Of a stretch of 32,000 nt of DNA, positions 17,639 through 26,864 are shown in pieces. Origin of the DNA: Mucisphaera calidilacus (GTDB lineage Bacteria; Planctomycetota; Phycisphaerae; Phycisphaerales; Phycisphaeraceae); assembly GCF_007748075.1 (NCBI RefSeq), contig NZ_CP036280.1, positions 2,580,001 to 2,612,000 on the forward strand. The letters run 5' to 3'. The notes under the pieces were generated by a model. The model was not told the origin of the DNA. It did no database searches and saw only the letters and a program-made list of their open reading frames with translations. A program made the translations under genes and the position numbers. How positions within the stretch are numbered: position 1 is the stretch's first letter; each line of letters starts with the position of its first letter.

Positions 17639-17759
17639 CGGCGCAAGGTTCATGCCGGATCTCTCTGTGTTTTTTGTGCCGAACCCCCCTTTCGGGTAGG
17701 TTGCCCATGCCTGAGTATCAGGCGCTGGTCGGGCGACTTCCGCAAAAAGGGGTTCTGAG

Positions 17760-18431
17760 ATGACGCTGAAGGGACTTGTACCGATGCTGCTCGCGGGCAT
17801 CCTTGGTGCTGCGATCTGGGCGGGCACGATCTATGCGACGGGCTATGAGTTTGGCCTGATGGCGTGGGGCATCGGGTTACTTGTCGGTGGTGCGGCGCTG
17901 GTGTCGGTGGGTGATGCGGCGAACGCGAGCACGGGCGTGCTGGCGGTGATCGTGACGCTTGTGTCGATCACGCTCGGCAAGGCGATGATCGTTGAGATCT
18001 ACGTGCAGGAGTACATGGCTGAGTCGGAGATGTTTGACATCGACGGGGAGATCAGCCGGATCGAGACCGACGTTGATTACCTGGTCACGTTCATCGCGGA
18101 CGAGATCGTGTGGGAGTATCAAACCGCGGGCAAGCCGTTGAAGTGGCCGGGCGGTGAGGAACCGGAGGAGTTTGATTCGCCTGACGTCTACCCCGACGAC
18201 GTGTGGATGGAGGCGGAGGACGTCTGGAGCGGGATGGACGCTGACGAGCAGGAGACTTTCCGTACGGAGACGATTGAGCGTATGAGGATGGGGCACGAGG
18301 CGGGCATGGCTTTGGTTGGGATCGGAGGTCGCATCGCTGGGTTTATCGGGAGTTTCGGCCTGCTGGACATCCTCTTCTATCTGCTGGCGATGGGCTCGGC
18401 GTACAAGATGGGCTCGGGCAACGGCGAGTGA
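17760..18431 (+). CDS. Hypothetical membrane protein with an acidic central loop
   Basis: It has three N-terminal helices and one C-terminal hydrophobic helix flanking an Asp/Glu/Trp-rich loop of about 110 aa. Codon periodicity is coding-like. I recognised no family. Confidence 0.65.
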   Translation: MTLKGLVPMLLAGILGAAIWAGTIYATGYEFGLMAWGIGLLVGGAALVSVGDAANASTGVLAVIVTLVSITLGKAMIVEIYVQEYMAESEMFDIDGEISRIETDVDYLVTFIADEIVWEYQTAGKPLKWPGGEEPEEFDSPDVYPDDVWMEAEDVWSGMDADEQETFRTETIERMRMGHEAGMALVGIGGRIAGFIGSFGLLDILFYLLAMGSAYKMGSGNGE

Positions 18432-18491
18432 GGCAGATCCATGGCACACGGGTGAACGGAAGCCCGTGGCCAACTGGCCTACACTGCGGTC

Positions 18492-18686
18492 ATGAAACCA
18501 GAACCCCTGCTTGCGGAATTGGATCGTCTGCGTCGTGACCTGGACAAGGACCCGACGGACATCGAGTGGTTGACGCTTCACCACGCTTTCGTGTTCATCA
18601 GTTACAAGACCGGCGAATTCGCGAAGTACGTCGAGGAGGCGTCGGAGCGTGGTGAGTTCGACGAGTATGAGCGGGAGAACGGCTGA
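18492..18686 (+). CDS. Small acidic hypothetical protein (64 aa)
   Basis: Codon periodicity is coding-like. It lies 5 nt upstream of the GNAT gene. I recognised no family. Confidence 0.5.
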   Translation: MKPEPLLAELDRLRRDLDKDPTDIEWLTLHHAFVFISYKTGEFAKYVEEASERGEFDEYERENG

Positions 18687-18691
18687 GACTG

Positions 18692-19267
18692 ATGGCTGAG
18701 GTGTTGTCCTGTCGGCTTGCGGAGGCGGATGAGGGGCTGGTGGTTCAGGCGTGCGCGTTGACGGAGGGTCAGTGGCCGAGCGACCCGCCTCTGGACCCGG
18801 TCGAGAAGGCGCGGGGTCGGGTTGCGGAGGCTCGGGCGTATACGGGCGATCCGGAACGGGCGGCGATGATGCATTTCGTGGTGGAGGGTGATCGCGTGCT
18901 GGCGGCGGCGCGGACGTTTGCGCGGACGATCGACACGACGGCGGGCGGGATGACGATCATGGCGTTGGGGGGTGTGATCGTTGAGGAGACTCGTCGGGGC
19001 AACGGTTATGGGCGAGACGTGGTGCGTGCGGCGTTTGAGCGTGTGGACCGGGGCGTGTTCGGGTTTTCGCTGTTCCAGACGGGGACGCACAACCGGGGGT
19101 TTTACGCGAAGCTGGGGGCGATGTATCCGGGCAACCGGGTGATCAATTCGCTGGACGAGCGTGGGCCGGAGTCGCCTGCGTTCAACGTGGACGAGTTGGT
19201 GGTGGTGTATCCGGAGCGGGAGGGCTGGCCGGCGGGGACGATCGACCTGCTGGGGCCGGGGTACTGA
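18692..19267 (+). CDS. GNAT family N-acetyltransferase
   Basis: GGVIVEETRRGNGYGRDVVRAAFERV is the GNAT motif A (R/Q-x-x-G-x-G/A acetyl-CoA loop), and FY.KLG lies downstream. Confidence 0.7.
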   Translation: MAEVLSCRLAEADEGLVVQACALTEGQWPSDPPLDPVEKARGRVAEARAYTGDPERAAMMHFVVEGDRVLAAARTFARTIDTTAGGMTIMALGGVIVEETRRGNGYGRDVVRAAFERVDRGVFGFSLFQTGTHNRGFYAKLGAMYPGNRVINSLDERGPESPAFNVDELVVVYPEREGWPAGTIDLLGPGY

Positions 19268-19277
19268 GTCTGAGGGG

Positions 19278-20765
19278 TCAGGCGAGTTTCTTCTCGGCGG
19301 TGGTGCCGTCCTGGGTCGTCGAGACGAGGTAGCCCATCGACTGGAGTTTGTCGCGGGCGGCGTCGGCGGCGGCGAAGTCTTTGGCGGCGCGGGCGGCGTC
19401 GATGGCGGCGCAGAGTTCGGCGGCCTCGTCGTTGGCGTCGGGGGCCTGGTCGGGCTGCATGACGGCGAGGACGCTGTCCATGGCAGCGAGGATGGCGGCG
19501 GCCTCGGCGGGGTCGTTGGCGTCGAGGCTGGCGGGTGCGATGAACTCGAAGGCGGCGGCGAGGGCACCGGCGACGTTGAGGTCGTCGGCGAGGGCGTCGA
19601 CGAAGGGTTTGAGTCCGGGGTGGTCGGCGGGGGCGGGGGTGGTGTCGGGGGTGAGGTTGGTCTTGCGGGCGGCTTCGCGGAGTCGTCGGACGGCGGAGGC
19701 GGATTCCTCGAGGCCCTTGAGTCGGAAGTCGGCGTTCTTGCGGTAGTGGCCGCGCATGAGTTCGAGCCGGATGACGGCGGGGTCGATGTTTTTCTCGACG
19801 AGGTCGCGGAGGGTGTAGAAGTTGCCGCGTGACTTGGACATCTTCTCGCCGTCGACCATGAGGTAGCGGGCGTGGAGCCAGAGGTTGGCGAATCGTTCGT
19901 TGCCGGAGGCGCCGCAGGACTGTGCGATCTCGCACTCGTGGTGCGGGAAGATGTTGTCCTCGCCGCCGGTGTGGATGTCGATGGTGTCGCTTTCGAGGGT
20001 GGCGCGTGCCATGGCGGAGCACTCGATGTGCCAGCCGGGGTAACCGGTGCCCCAGGGGGAGTCCCACTTCATGAGGTGGGTTTCGTCGGGTTTCCAGAGG
20101 AGGAAGTCGGCGGGGTGTCGCTTGTTTTTCTGGTCGGCTTCGGCGACGCGTCCGCCTGCGCCGCCTCGGAGCCGGTCGAGGCTGTTGCCCGAGAGCTGTC
20201 CGTAGGCGGGGAAGGACTCGACGGCGTAGTAGACGGCGCCGTCGTCGGCGACGTAGGCGTGGTCGTTGTCGATGAGTCGCTGGATCATGGGGATCATGGA
20301 GTCGGCGACGTGGTCGGTGGCTCGGGGGCGTTGGCGGTCGGGTTCGTCGGCGATGCGGAGCCGGAGCCGTCGGGCGTCATCGATGAAGGCGTTCTCGAAG
20401 TAGCGAGCGACCTGGTAGGGGTCGTTGGGGTCGTCGACGTCGGCGACGCCTGCCTTCTTGGTTTGCTTGGCGTCTTTGAGTCGCTGGGCGGCGAGGGCCA
20501 TCTTGTCCTGTCCGCCGCCGTCGGCCTGCCGGTCGTCGGTCATGTGTCCGACGTCGGTGATGTTCATGACCTGGGTGACGTTGTAGCCGAGGAATTCGAG
20601 GGATCGTCGGAGGACGTCGGCGAAGAGGAAGCTGCGGAAGTTGCCGATGTGCGCGTAGTCGTAGACGGTGGGGCCGCAGTTGTACATGGTGACGCGGCCG
20701 GGCTCGATGGGGTTGAGGGTTTCGAGCCGGTGGGTGAGTGAGTTGTAGAAGCGGGGCTGGATCAT
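19278..20765 (-). CDS. cysS: Cysteine--tRNA ligase
   Basis: It has [20 protein letters not shown] (the HIGH-type motif), [27 protein letters not shown] and KMSKSRGN. The length is 495 aa. Confidence 0.96.
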   Translation of the reverse strand: MIQPRFYNSLTHRLETLNPIEPGRVTMYNCGPTVYDYAHIGNFRSFLFADVLRRSLEFLGYNVTQVMNITDVGHMTDDRQADGGGQDKMALAAQRLKDAKQTKKAGVADVDDPNDPYQVARYFENAFIDDARRLRLRIADEPDRQRPRATDHVADSMIPMIQRLIDNDHAYVADDGAVYYAVESFPAYGQLSGNSLDRLRGGAGGRVAEADQKNKRHPADFLLWKPDETHLMKWDSPWGTGYPGWHIECSAMARATLESDTIDIHTGGEDNIFPHHECEIAQSCGASGNERFANLWLHARYLMVDGEKMSKSRGNFYTLRDLVEKNIDPAVIRLELMRGHYRKNADFRLKGLEESASAVRRLREAARKTNLTPDTTPAPADHPGLKPFVDALADDLNVAGALAAAFEFIAPASLDANDPAEAAAILAAMDSVLAVMQPDQAPDANDEAAELCAAIDAARAAKDFAAADAARDKLQSMGYLVSTTQDGTTAEKKLA

Positions 20766-20782
20766 GGCGGGAGTGTAGCGGC

Positions 20783-22072
20783 TCAGCCGGCTGTCTCGTC
20801 ATCGTCGCCTGCGAAGGTGTCGTCGAGGTTTTCCATGCGGATGCGGACGACGCGTGTTTTTTCGGCGGCGGTGACGGTGAAGCGGAGGGTTTCGTGCTCG
20901 AAGGTGTCGTCGACCTTGGGGATGCGTCCGAGCTGGCTGAGGACGAACCCGCCGAGGGTGTCGAAGTCGTCGTCCTCGGGGAGTTCGAGTTCGAGTTCGT
21001 CGTTGATGTCGTCGATGGCGACACGGGCGTCGATCTCGACGGTGTTGTCGCTGATGCGTCGGATGGTGGGGTCGGGTTCGGCGTCTTCCTCGTACTCGTC
21101 ACGGATCTCGCCGACGATTTCTTCGAGGATGTCCTCGATGGTGATGAGGCCCGCGGTGCCGCCGTACTCGTCGAGCACGATGGCCATGTGCTGGTTGGTG
21201 TGCTGGAACTCGGCGAGGAGGTCGGAGACGGACTTGCTCTCGGGGATAAGGTACGGATCGCGGAGGAGGGTGCGGAGGTCGAAGCCGTTGGGCTTGCCGA
21301 GGAACTGGATGAGGTCGCGTGCGTAGAGCATGCCGACGATCTGGTCGAGGTTTTCGTTGTAGACGGGGACGCGTGAGAAGCCGATGTCGACCATCTCGTC
21401 GCGGACCTGTTCGAGGGTGGTGCTGTCGGTGATGTCGATGCCCTTGATGTCGGTTCGCGGGGTCATGATCTCGCCGGCGGCGGTGCTGGGCAGTTCGAAG
21501 ACGGCCTCGAGCATTTCTTTCTGGAGATCGTTGACCGAGTCGCCTTGCTCGTGTTCCTCGACGACGGAGAGGATGTCTTCGGAGATGGTGTCGTCGTCGG
21601 GTTCGAGGTCGACGCCTGACATGCGTCGGATGACCATGTCGAAGGCGTGGAGGGGGCGGACGACGGGCCAGAGGAGGAAGTAGAGGGTGGAGAGGATGGG
21701 GATGGAGGCGCTGATGAGTCCCTCGGGGGTGTAGCGTCCCCAGCTGGTGGCGATGGCGACGCTGAAGACCGAGAGGAGGGTTCCCGCGACGACGAAGGCG
21801 CTGGCGTAGGCGACCCAGCTGTCGTATCCGGCGAGCCGGAAGAGTTCGAGCGTGGCGAGGAGCATGATGAGGCTCAGGCTGACACGGAGCATGCCGGTCA
21901 TGACCTGGAGGTGCGGCAGGCGTTTGGGGAGCGCGAGCCAGGCGGTCCGTCCCTGTTCCTCGAGACGTTCTTCGAGGCGGCGGCGCGAGAAGGTCTTGAG
22001 GGCGACGTTGCAGGCGGAGATGTAGGTTCCAGCCAGCGTCGTGATCACCATGATGCCGATGACGATTTCCAA
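20783..22072 (-). CDS. Hemolysin-family / CNNM transporter-associated protein (DUF21-CBS pair-CorC_HlyC; CorC/TlyC-like)
   Basis: An N-terminal 4-TM DUF21-like region is followed by a CBS pair (IMTPRTDI..., RVPVY..., [23 protein letters not shown]) and a C-terminal transporter-associated domain. It sits downstream of ybeY, as in many bacteria. Confidence 0.88.
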   Translation of the reverse strand: MEIVIGIMVITTLAGTYISACNVALKTFSRRRLEERLEEQGRTAWLALPKRLPHLQVMTGMLRVSLSLIMLLATLELFRLAGYDSWVAYASAFVVAGTLLSVFSVAIATSWGRYTPEGLISASIPILSTLYFLLWPVVRPLHAFDMVIRRMSGVDLEPDDDTISEDILSVVEEHEQGDSVNDLQKEMLEAVFELPSTAAGEIMTPRTDIKGIDITDSTTLEQVRDEMVDIGFSRVPVYNENLDQIVGMLYARDLIQFLGKPNGFDLRTLLRDPYLIPESKSVSDLLAEFQHTNQHMAIVLDEYGGTAGLITIEDILEEIVGEIRDEYEEDAEPDPTIRRISDNTVEIDARVAIDDINDELELELPEDDDFDTLGGFVLSQLGRIPKVDDTFEHETLRFTVTAAEKTRVVRIRMENLDDTFAGDDDETAG

Positions 22073-22168
22073 GGTGGGGTCTGCCCGCGCCCCGGACGTG
22101 ATGGTTGTTGGTTTGGCGGACGCGGGGCGATCCGGGGCCTCGTCGCGTCCTCAGGCCTTGTGCCCGGT

Positions 22169-22702
22169 TTACGGGTCGGGTGCGTAGACGGCTCCGACGC
22201 CGATGGCGCGGAGCAGTCTGTCTTCTTCGGTGTGCATGATCTGTGCCTGCTCGGGGTCGTGGTCGTCGTAGCCGAGGAGGTGGAGCAGCCCGTGGACGGC
22301 GTAGAGGAGCAGTTCGCGTTCGACGCCATGGCCGCAGCTGTCGGCTTCGCGGGTTGCCTCGTCGACGCAGATGACCAGTTCGCCGTCGATCGGGCCTTCT
22401 TCGGTCTCGCGGAGGTCGAAGGTCATGACGTCGGTGGTGGTGGGGTCGTCGAGGTATTTGCCGTGGAGTTGTGCCATGGCCTCGTCGCCGACGAAGACGA
22501 CGCTGAGCGATTCGAGGGGTTGGTCGAGGAGTTGGAGCAGGGTGATGAGGTGCTGGTGGACCCAGTCGGCGTGGGTTCTGCCGAGCTCGTGCTCGGCCGA
22601 GACGGACAGACGGTCACGGACCCCCGGTTGCTCGGGTTGAGACGGGTCGGGGTCGTCGTCGCTGGGCAGCGGCGTGTCGGGAGTGAGGTCGGCCTGATGC
22701 AT
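22169..22702 (-). CDS. ybeY: rRNA maturation endoribonuclease YbeY
   Basis: It carries the AVHGLLHLLGYDDHD zinc-binding H..LH....H motif. The Asp/Pro-rich N-terminal extension suggests the true start may lie further downstream. Confidence 0.9.
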   Translation of the reverse strand: MHQADLTPDTPLPSDDDPDPSQPEQPGVRDRLSVSAEHELGRTHADWVHQHLITLLQLLDQPLESLSVVFVGDEAMAQLHGKYLDDPTTTDVMTFDLRETEEGPIDGELVICVDEATREADSCGHGVERELLLYAVHGLLHLLGYDDHDPEQAQIMHTEEDRLLRAIGVGAVYAPDP

Positions 22703-22765
22703 GGTTCTTATTGTATCGGCTTGGCGGAGGGGTCAAAACGGCGTTCGCCGGGGCATGAATGGCGA

Positions 22766-23197
22766 TCAGTCGTTTTTGTGTTCTCGGGCTCGTGTCATGG
22801 TGACGCAGTTGCCGGCGTCGTTGTAGGACACGGAGGTCATGTAGGCGGCCATGAGCATGACGCCGCGTCCGCAGGGCCGGACGAGGTTTTCTTCGAGTGT
22901 GGGATCGGGGACGTCGTGGGGGTTGAAGCCCTGTCCCTGGTCGCAGACGGTGATCTCGATCCGGTGTTCGTCGATGGTGTAGCGGATGGTGACGCGTAGC
23001 CTGGGGTCGCGTTTGTTGCCGTGCCGGATGGCGTTGGTGATGGATTCGTCGAGGCAGAGTTTGATGGCGAAGATGGCGTCGTCGGGGTAGCCGTGCTGCT
23101 GAGCGGCCTGGACGATGTGCTCCTGAACCGGTGCCACTTCCTCCAGGTCGCTGGGGATGGTCAGTGTTTCAGAGGTGGGCTTGCGTGATTCGCCCAT
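22766..23197 (-). CDS. Anti-sigma regulatory factor, Ser/Thr protein kinase (RsbW/SpoIIAB-like HATPase)
   Basis: It has the N-box ESITNAIRHGN and the G-box CGRGVMLMAAY. The length is 143 aa. A GGAG Shine-Dalgarno lies upstream, and it starts 30 nt after the STAS gene. Confidence 0.8.
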   Translation of the reverse strand: MGESRKPTSETLTIPSDLEEVAPVQEHIVQAAQQHGYPDDAIFAIKLCLDESITNAIRHGNKRDPRLRVTIRYTIDEHRIEITVCDQGQGFNPHDVPDPTLEENLVRPCGRGVMLMAAYMTSVSYNDAGNCVTMTRAREHKND

Positions 23198-23227
23198 CGC
23201 AGCTCGTCTCCACCCGACGGGGGATCA

Positions 23228-23587
23228 CTACTTGAAGCTCTCGATGGCCTTGGCGGTGGTGTCGTGGATCTGAAAGAGCTTGTTGAGCTTGGTGATCACG
23301 AACACCTCGTAGATCTGCGGGTCGATGTTGGCCAGTCGCAGCTGCCCGGCCTTCTGTCGGATCTTGTTGTTGATGGTGATGAGTGTTCCGAGCGCGGCGG
23401 AGGAGAGATGCTCGACGCGTTCGAAGCTGATGAGGATTTTAGGGTTGGTCGCCTTCTCGATCAGCGTGGAGATTTCCTCGCCAATCTGCTGGATGTTGGC
23501 TTCCTCCAGGATGTTCCGATCGAGGAACTCAACTTTGGTGATGTCGTCCTGCTCGTGGATGACGAGTCTGGAATCCTTGGTAGTCAT
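23228..23587 (-). CDS. Anti-sigma factor antagonist (STAS domain, RsbV/SpoIIAA-like)
   Basis: It has ...ISFERVEHLSSAALGTLI... with the conserved phosphorylatable Ser context, and ...LANIDPQIYEVFVITKL. The start is set at ATG 23587 because a strong AGGAG lies 6 nt upstream. The track ORF extends to 23644. Confidence 0.85.
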   Translation of the reverse strand: MTTKDSRLVIHEQDDITKVEFLDRNILEEANIQQIGEEISTLIEKATNPKILISFERVEHLSSAALGTLITINNKIRQKAGQLRLANIDPQIYEVFVITKLNKLFQIHDTTAKAIESFK

Positions 23588-23748
23588 CAACCGCTCCTGG
23601 GGCTTCGTGAGCCGGACCGTAGCCAAGCTGCCGAAGGGTGTCAAGAAAAAGACAGGTGGACCTTGTGCACTATAAGATCTCTGCCCGCGTTGCGTCCATG
23701 TCGTACACTATAGGGATATCGAGGCCACCTACGTCGCGGCGACCGAAC

Positions 23749-24573
23749 ATGAAAGCCCCCTATTACATCGCACTGGTTCTGGGCGTCCTGGTCTGTGCCT
23801 TCGCCGTGACGTACCGCGTCACTTCATCGGGTGGCGTGGCGGAGGAGGAGACGCAGGTGGTGGCGTCGGTGCCTGACGACGGGGGGCTCAAGCCGGCTCC
23901 GCCGCTGCCTGATCCCGAGGCCGAGCCTGAGCCTGTTGTGGAGCCGCCGACGAACGGGCGACGCCCGCTGCTGGTTCCGGTGGGTGCTGCGGACGAGACC
24001 GAGCCGGTCAACGCGGGTCCGCTGATCCCGATGCGTGCCGAGCCGGGGCTGGCGGAATCCGCGGAGCCCCGCGAGGAGCCGGAGGACGATGTTGAGGTGT
24101 CCGAGCCGGAGCCTGCCGGCCCGCCGGTGCTGAGGATCACCGACCCGCCGACGGCGAGCGATCGCCCGCGGACGTACATCGTGGAGGAGGGGGACACGTT
24201 CACGACGATCGCGCAGAAGGTGTATGGCGAGAGCCGGCACTGGATTCACCTGGCCCGGGCGAACGGGACGCTGGACCCGATCAAGCTTCAGATCGGGACG
24301 GAGATCATCCTGCCGCGGATCGACGCGTCGAGTGATGCCCAGCCGCTGACGGAGGCGGAGCAGGGGATTCGTTCGCCTGAGAAGGTTCGTCAGCACACGG
24401 TGAAGCCGGGCGAGAGTCTGTCGTCGATCTCGATGAAGTATTACCAGACGGCGACCAAGTGGCGGACGATCTTCAACGCGAACCGCAAGGTGATCGGTTC
24501 GGACCCGAACGCGATCCGCGCGGGCATGACGATCATCATCCCCCCTGTTCCCGTCCGCGAGCAGGACGAGTAG
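23749..24573 (+). CDS. LysM-repeat protein with an N-terminal membrane anchor and a Pro/Glu-rich linker
   Basis: It has two LysM motifs: YIVEEGDTFTTIAQKVYG...W..LARAN...DP.KLQIGTEIILP and HTVKPGESLSSISMKYY......W..IFNAN.......NAIRAGMTIIIP. The TM helix is YYIALVLGVLVCAFAV. ATG 23698 is an alternative start. Confidence 0.85.
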   Translation: MKAPYYIALVLGVLVCAFAVTYRVTSSGGVAEEETQVVASVPDDGGLKPAPPLPDPEAEPEPVVEPPTNGRRPLLVPVGAADETEPVNAGPLIPMRAEPGLAESAEPREEPEDDVEVSEPEPAGPPVLRITDPPTASDRPRTYIVEEGDTFTTIAQKVYGESRHWIHLARANGTLDPIKLQIGTEIILPRIDASSDAQPLTEAEQGIRSPEKVRQHTVKPGESLSSISMKYYQTATKWRTIFNANRKVIGSDPNAIRAGMTIIIPPVPVREQDE

Positions 24574-24585
24574 GTCATTGCTGGC

Positions 24586-25773
24586 ATGTCTCAAGCGCTG
24601 GCGCTAGACGCGTTGATTCTCGGCGGGGGTGTTGCGGGCCTGTGGACGCTTGACGAGTTACGGCGGCGGGGTTTCTCGGCGGTTCTGCTGGAGTCGGACC
24701 GGCTCGGGCGCGGCCAGACGGTTTCGGCGCAGGGGATTCTGCACGGCGGGATCAAGTACACGCTCTCGGGGATGATGACGGACTCGGCGCGGGCGCACCG
24801 CGACGCGCCGGCGGTGTGGCATCGCGCGCTGCGTGGCGAGGCATTGCCTGACCTGACGCGGACGCGTGTGCTGGCCGAGTCGTGCTATCTGTGGCGGACG
24901 GGCTCGCTCTCTTCGATCGCGGGCATGGTGGGTGCGCGAGCGGGGCTGGCGACCAAGCCGGAGCGGCTGGAAGCGGGCGAGCTGCCCGAGGTGTTGAACC
25001 GGTGCCCGGGTGAGGTGTTCCGCGTCAACGAGTGGATCATTGATCCGGTGTCGCTGGTGCGTGATTTCGCCCGGCAGCACGAGGACGCGATCCTCAAGGC
25101 CGAGCATCCGGTGTTTCGTCGCGAGGGTGAGAACGTGGTGGAGGTCGAGGCGGGGCCGGTTCGGCTTTCGCCTCGGGTGGTGATCCTGACGGCGGGGGCC
25201 GGGACGCAGGGGTTGCGTGATCAACTGGGTCTTGCGGGTGGTTCGACACAGAAGCGGCCGCTGCACATGGTGATGATGCGCGGGGACCTGCCTGAGTTGC
25301 ACGGTCACTGCGTGGATGGCGCGCACACGCGTGCGACGATCACAAGCGGCACGCATAGCGAGGGCCAGCGTGTCTGGCAGGTTGGCGGCCAGGTGTCGGA
25401 GGATGGCGTGAAGATGGAGGCCGGGGCGCTGATCGAGCACGCGAAGCGTGAGGTCGAGGCGGTGCTGCCTGGGATCGATCTGAACGGTGTGTCGTGGGCG
25501 AGTTACCGCGTGGACCGGGCGGAGTCGGCGACGCGGATGGGGCTGAAGCCGGACTCGGCGACGCTGCGGCGTGAGGGAAACGTGCTGACGGCGTTCCCGA
25601 CGAAGTTGGTGCTCGCGCCCTACCTGGCGGCGCAGGTTGTTGAAGAACTGGGAGAGCCGCGTGGTGATGGGCGTGCGGAGCAGGCGGCGTTGACGGAGTC
25701 GGCGGCGGGCGTGGATCGGCCTGAGACGGCGTGTGCGCCGTGGGACGAGGACGTGTCATGGACGTCGCTGTGA
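24586..25773 (+). CDS. FAD-dependent oxidoreductase (GlpD/DAO-like)
   Basis: The dinucleotide-binding motif DALILGGGVAGLWTLDEL is followed by GRGQTVSAQGILHGGIKY, which resembles the GlpD SGTSSRSSKLIHGGLRY segment. The substrate is unknown. Confidence 0.75.
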   Translation: MSQALALDALILGGGVAGLWTLDELRRRGFSAVLLESDRLGRGQTVSAQGILHGGIKYTLSGMMTDSARAHRDAPAVWHRALRGEALPDLTRTRVLAESCYLWRTGSLSSIAGMVGARAGLATKPERLEAGELPEVLNRCPGEVFRVNEWIIDPVSLVRDFARQHEDAILKAEHPVFRREGENVVEVEAGPVRLSPRVVILTAGAGTQGLRDQLGLAGGSTQKRPLHMVMMRGDLPELHGHCVDGAHTRATITSGTHSEGQRVWQVGGQVSEDGVKMEAGALIEHAKREVEAVLPGIDLNGVSWASYRVDRAESATRMGLKPDSATLRREGNVLTAFPTKLVLAPYLAAQVVEELGEPRGDGRAEQAALTESAAGVDRPETACAPWDEDVSWTSL

Positions 25774-26552
25774 CGCAGCGGCCGTTGGGGCGCACGGGGA
25801 TGTCGATCTCCCCGATCGGTTTTGGTGCGTTCAAGATCGGGCGTAACACCGGGATCAAGTATGAGCGGGGTTATGAGCTGCCGAGCGATGAGCGGGCGGA
25901 GCACATCCTGCGGGGCGTGCTCGATAGTGGGATCAATCACGTCGATACCGCGCCGGCGTACGGGATCAGCGAGCAGCGCATCGGTGCGGCGATCGCGGAT
26001 CGGCGCGACGCGTACATCCTCTCGACCAAGGTGGGTGAGACGTTTGAGGGGGGGACGTCGACGTATGACTTTTCGCCTGAGGCGGTGACGGCGTCGGTGC
26101 ACCGGAGTCTCAAGCGGCTAAGCACCGATCGGATTGATGTCGTGCTGATCCACGCGAACCATGATGACCTTGGCATCATGCGTGATTCGGGTGCGCCTGA
26201 GGCACTGGATCGGCTCAAGGCGTCGGGCGAGGTGCGTGCGGTGGGCCTGTCGGGCAAGACGCCGGCGGGGTTTGAGGCGGCATTGGGCTGGGCGGACGTG
26301 TTCATGGTGGAGTATCACGCCGAGCAGCGGGAGATGGCGGATTTGATCACGCGTGCGCACGAGCGGGGCGTGGGGGTGCTGATCAAGAAGGGGCTGGCGT
26401 CGGGGACGCTTTCGGCAGATGAAGCGATTCGGTTTGTGCTGGGTCATGAGGGCGTGGATTCGTTGACGCTGGGGTCGCTCAATCTGGATCATCTGCGTGA
26501 GAATCTGGCGAGCGCGATGGCGTGTCGCGGTGTCAACCCGGGCAGGGGCTGA
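25758..26552 (+). CDS. Aldo/keto reductase
   Basis: It has LGRTGMSISPIGFGAFKIG, GINHVDTAPAYG, and IDVVLIH...D. The start is set at ATG 25758 (MDVAVTQRPLG), which overlaps the upstream gene by 16 nt. The track ORF begins at 25731. Confidence 0.85.
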   Translation: MDVAVTQRPLGRTGMSISPIGFGAFKIGRNTGIKYERGYELPSDERAEHILRGVLDSGINHVDTAPAYGISEQRIGAAIADRRDAYILSTKVGETFEGGTSTYDFSPEAVTASVHRSLKRLSTDRIDVVLIHANHDDLGIMRDSGAPEALDRLKASGEVRAVGLSGKTPAGFEAALGWADVFMVEYHAEQREMADLITRAHERGVGVLIKKGLASGTLSADEAIRFVLGHEGVDSLTLGSLNLDHLRENLASAMACRGVNPGRG

Positions 26553-26573
26553 GGATTATCGGCAACGGGGTAA

Positions 26574-26601
26574 CCCCGGTGCGCGAGTTTCTCGGGGTTT
26601 T
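26574..26601 (+). terminator. Candidate intrinsic terminator downstream of the aldo/keto reductase gene
   Basis: CCCCG (26574-78) pairs with CGGGG (26593-97) and is followed by TTTT (26598-26601). A competing hairpin, CGGGG-TAA-CCCCG, lies at 26566-78. The stem is short and its interior imperfect. Confidence 0.3.
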
Positions 26602-26639
26602 GCTCGGCGGCGGGGTGGTGCGGGGTATAATGCACGCGA

Positions 26640-26860
26640 CAAGTGAAGAGCCTCACAGGATTGCTGGGGTCGATCCCCCTTCAGATCCATACGCCTCGAA
26701 CCCTTATGAACCTCAACGGGAGCGGGTATCGGGCACGACGGTCAAGCCCCCTCTGAGGGGACGGCCCGGATGACCCGGCGAAGCGCCCACCTACATGTTG
26801 GGGTTCGAGCAACTGGATCTGACGACCCCCGCATTCCCGTGAGGCTTGATCACAACGGCG
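26640..26860 (+). ncRNA. Candidate structured RNA with 6S-RNA-like rod architecture (ends and strand are tentative)
   Basis: Collinear complementary blocks are 26643-46/26850-53, 26649-56/26839-46, 26658-60/26835-37, 26662-64/26831-33, 26666-72/26823-29, 26681-89/26814-22 and 26695-703/26801-09. They are followed by a 14x12-nt open loop and a nested terminal arm with its apex at 26753-55. A perfect TATAAT at 26626-31 favours the + strand. The G>C skew disappears locally. I cannot run a covariance model here. Confidence 0.45.
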
Positions 26861-26864
26861 CACG

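Noticed and set aside
15893-17827. A 644-aa ORF on the - strand spanning the sucC region.
   Set aside because: It is antisense to a confidently identified sucC, is Arg/His/Leu/Pro-rich low complexity, and crosses two intergenic regions without regard to gene boundaries.
22118-22150. A GGACGCG...CGCGTCC hairpin (7-bp stem) between ybeY and the CorC-like gene, plus a GACGGC-GTGG-GCCGTC hairpin at 15824-15839 in the secA leader.
   Set aside because: These are real inverted repeats, but they are short, GC-rich and lack U-runs. Such stems are expected by chance in GC-rich spacers, and I cannot attach a function to them.
21647-22999. A 450-aa ORF on the + strand across corC, ybeY and the rsbW-like gene. 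Similar cases are 20738-21376, 19872-20741 and 19161-19832.
   Set aside because: These are antisense shadows of the minus-strand gene run. They are Gly/Asp/Val/Glu-rich and have no motifs.
23228-23644. A lower-GC STAS gene that might be horizontally acquired.
   Set aside because: Third positions are still predominantly C, as in other - strand genes. The lower GC reflects Ile/Lys/Asn/Phe-rich composition rather than foreign codon usage.
26522-26773. An 83-aa ORF running from the end of the AKR gene into the large intergenic gap.
   Set aside because: It has no third-position bias and no ribosome-binding site, and it overlaps the AKR 3' end. The region is better explained by the extensive base-pairing pattern reported as a candidate RNA.
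26800-26812. GGGGTTCGAGCAA looks like a tRNA/tmRNA T-arm (GGTTCGA).
   Set aside because: I could not build an acceptor stem, a D-arm or an anticodon arm around it. The segment is simply the 3' partner of CTCGAACCC (26695-703) in the long inverted repeat.
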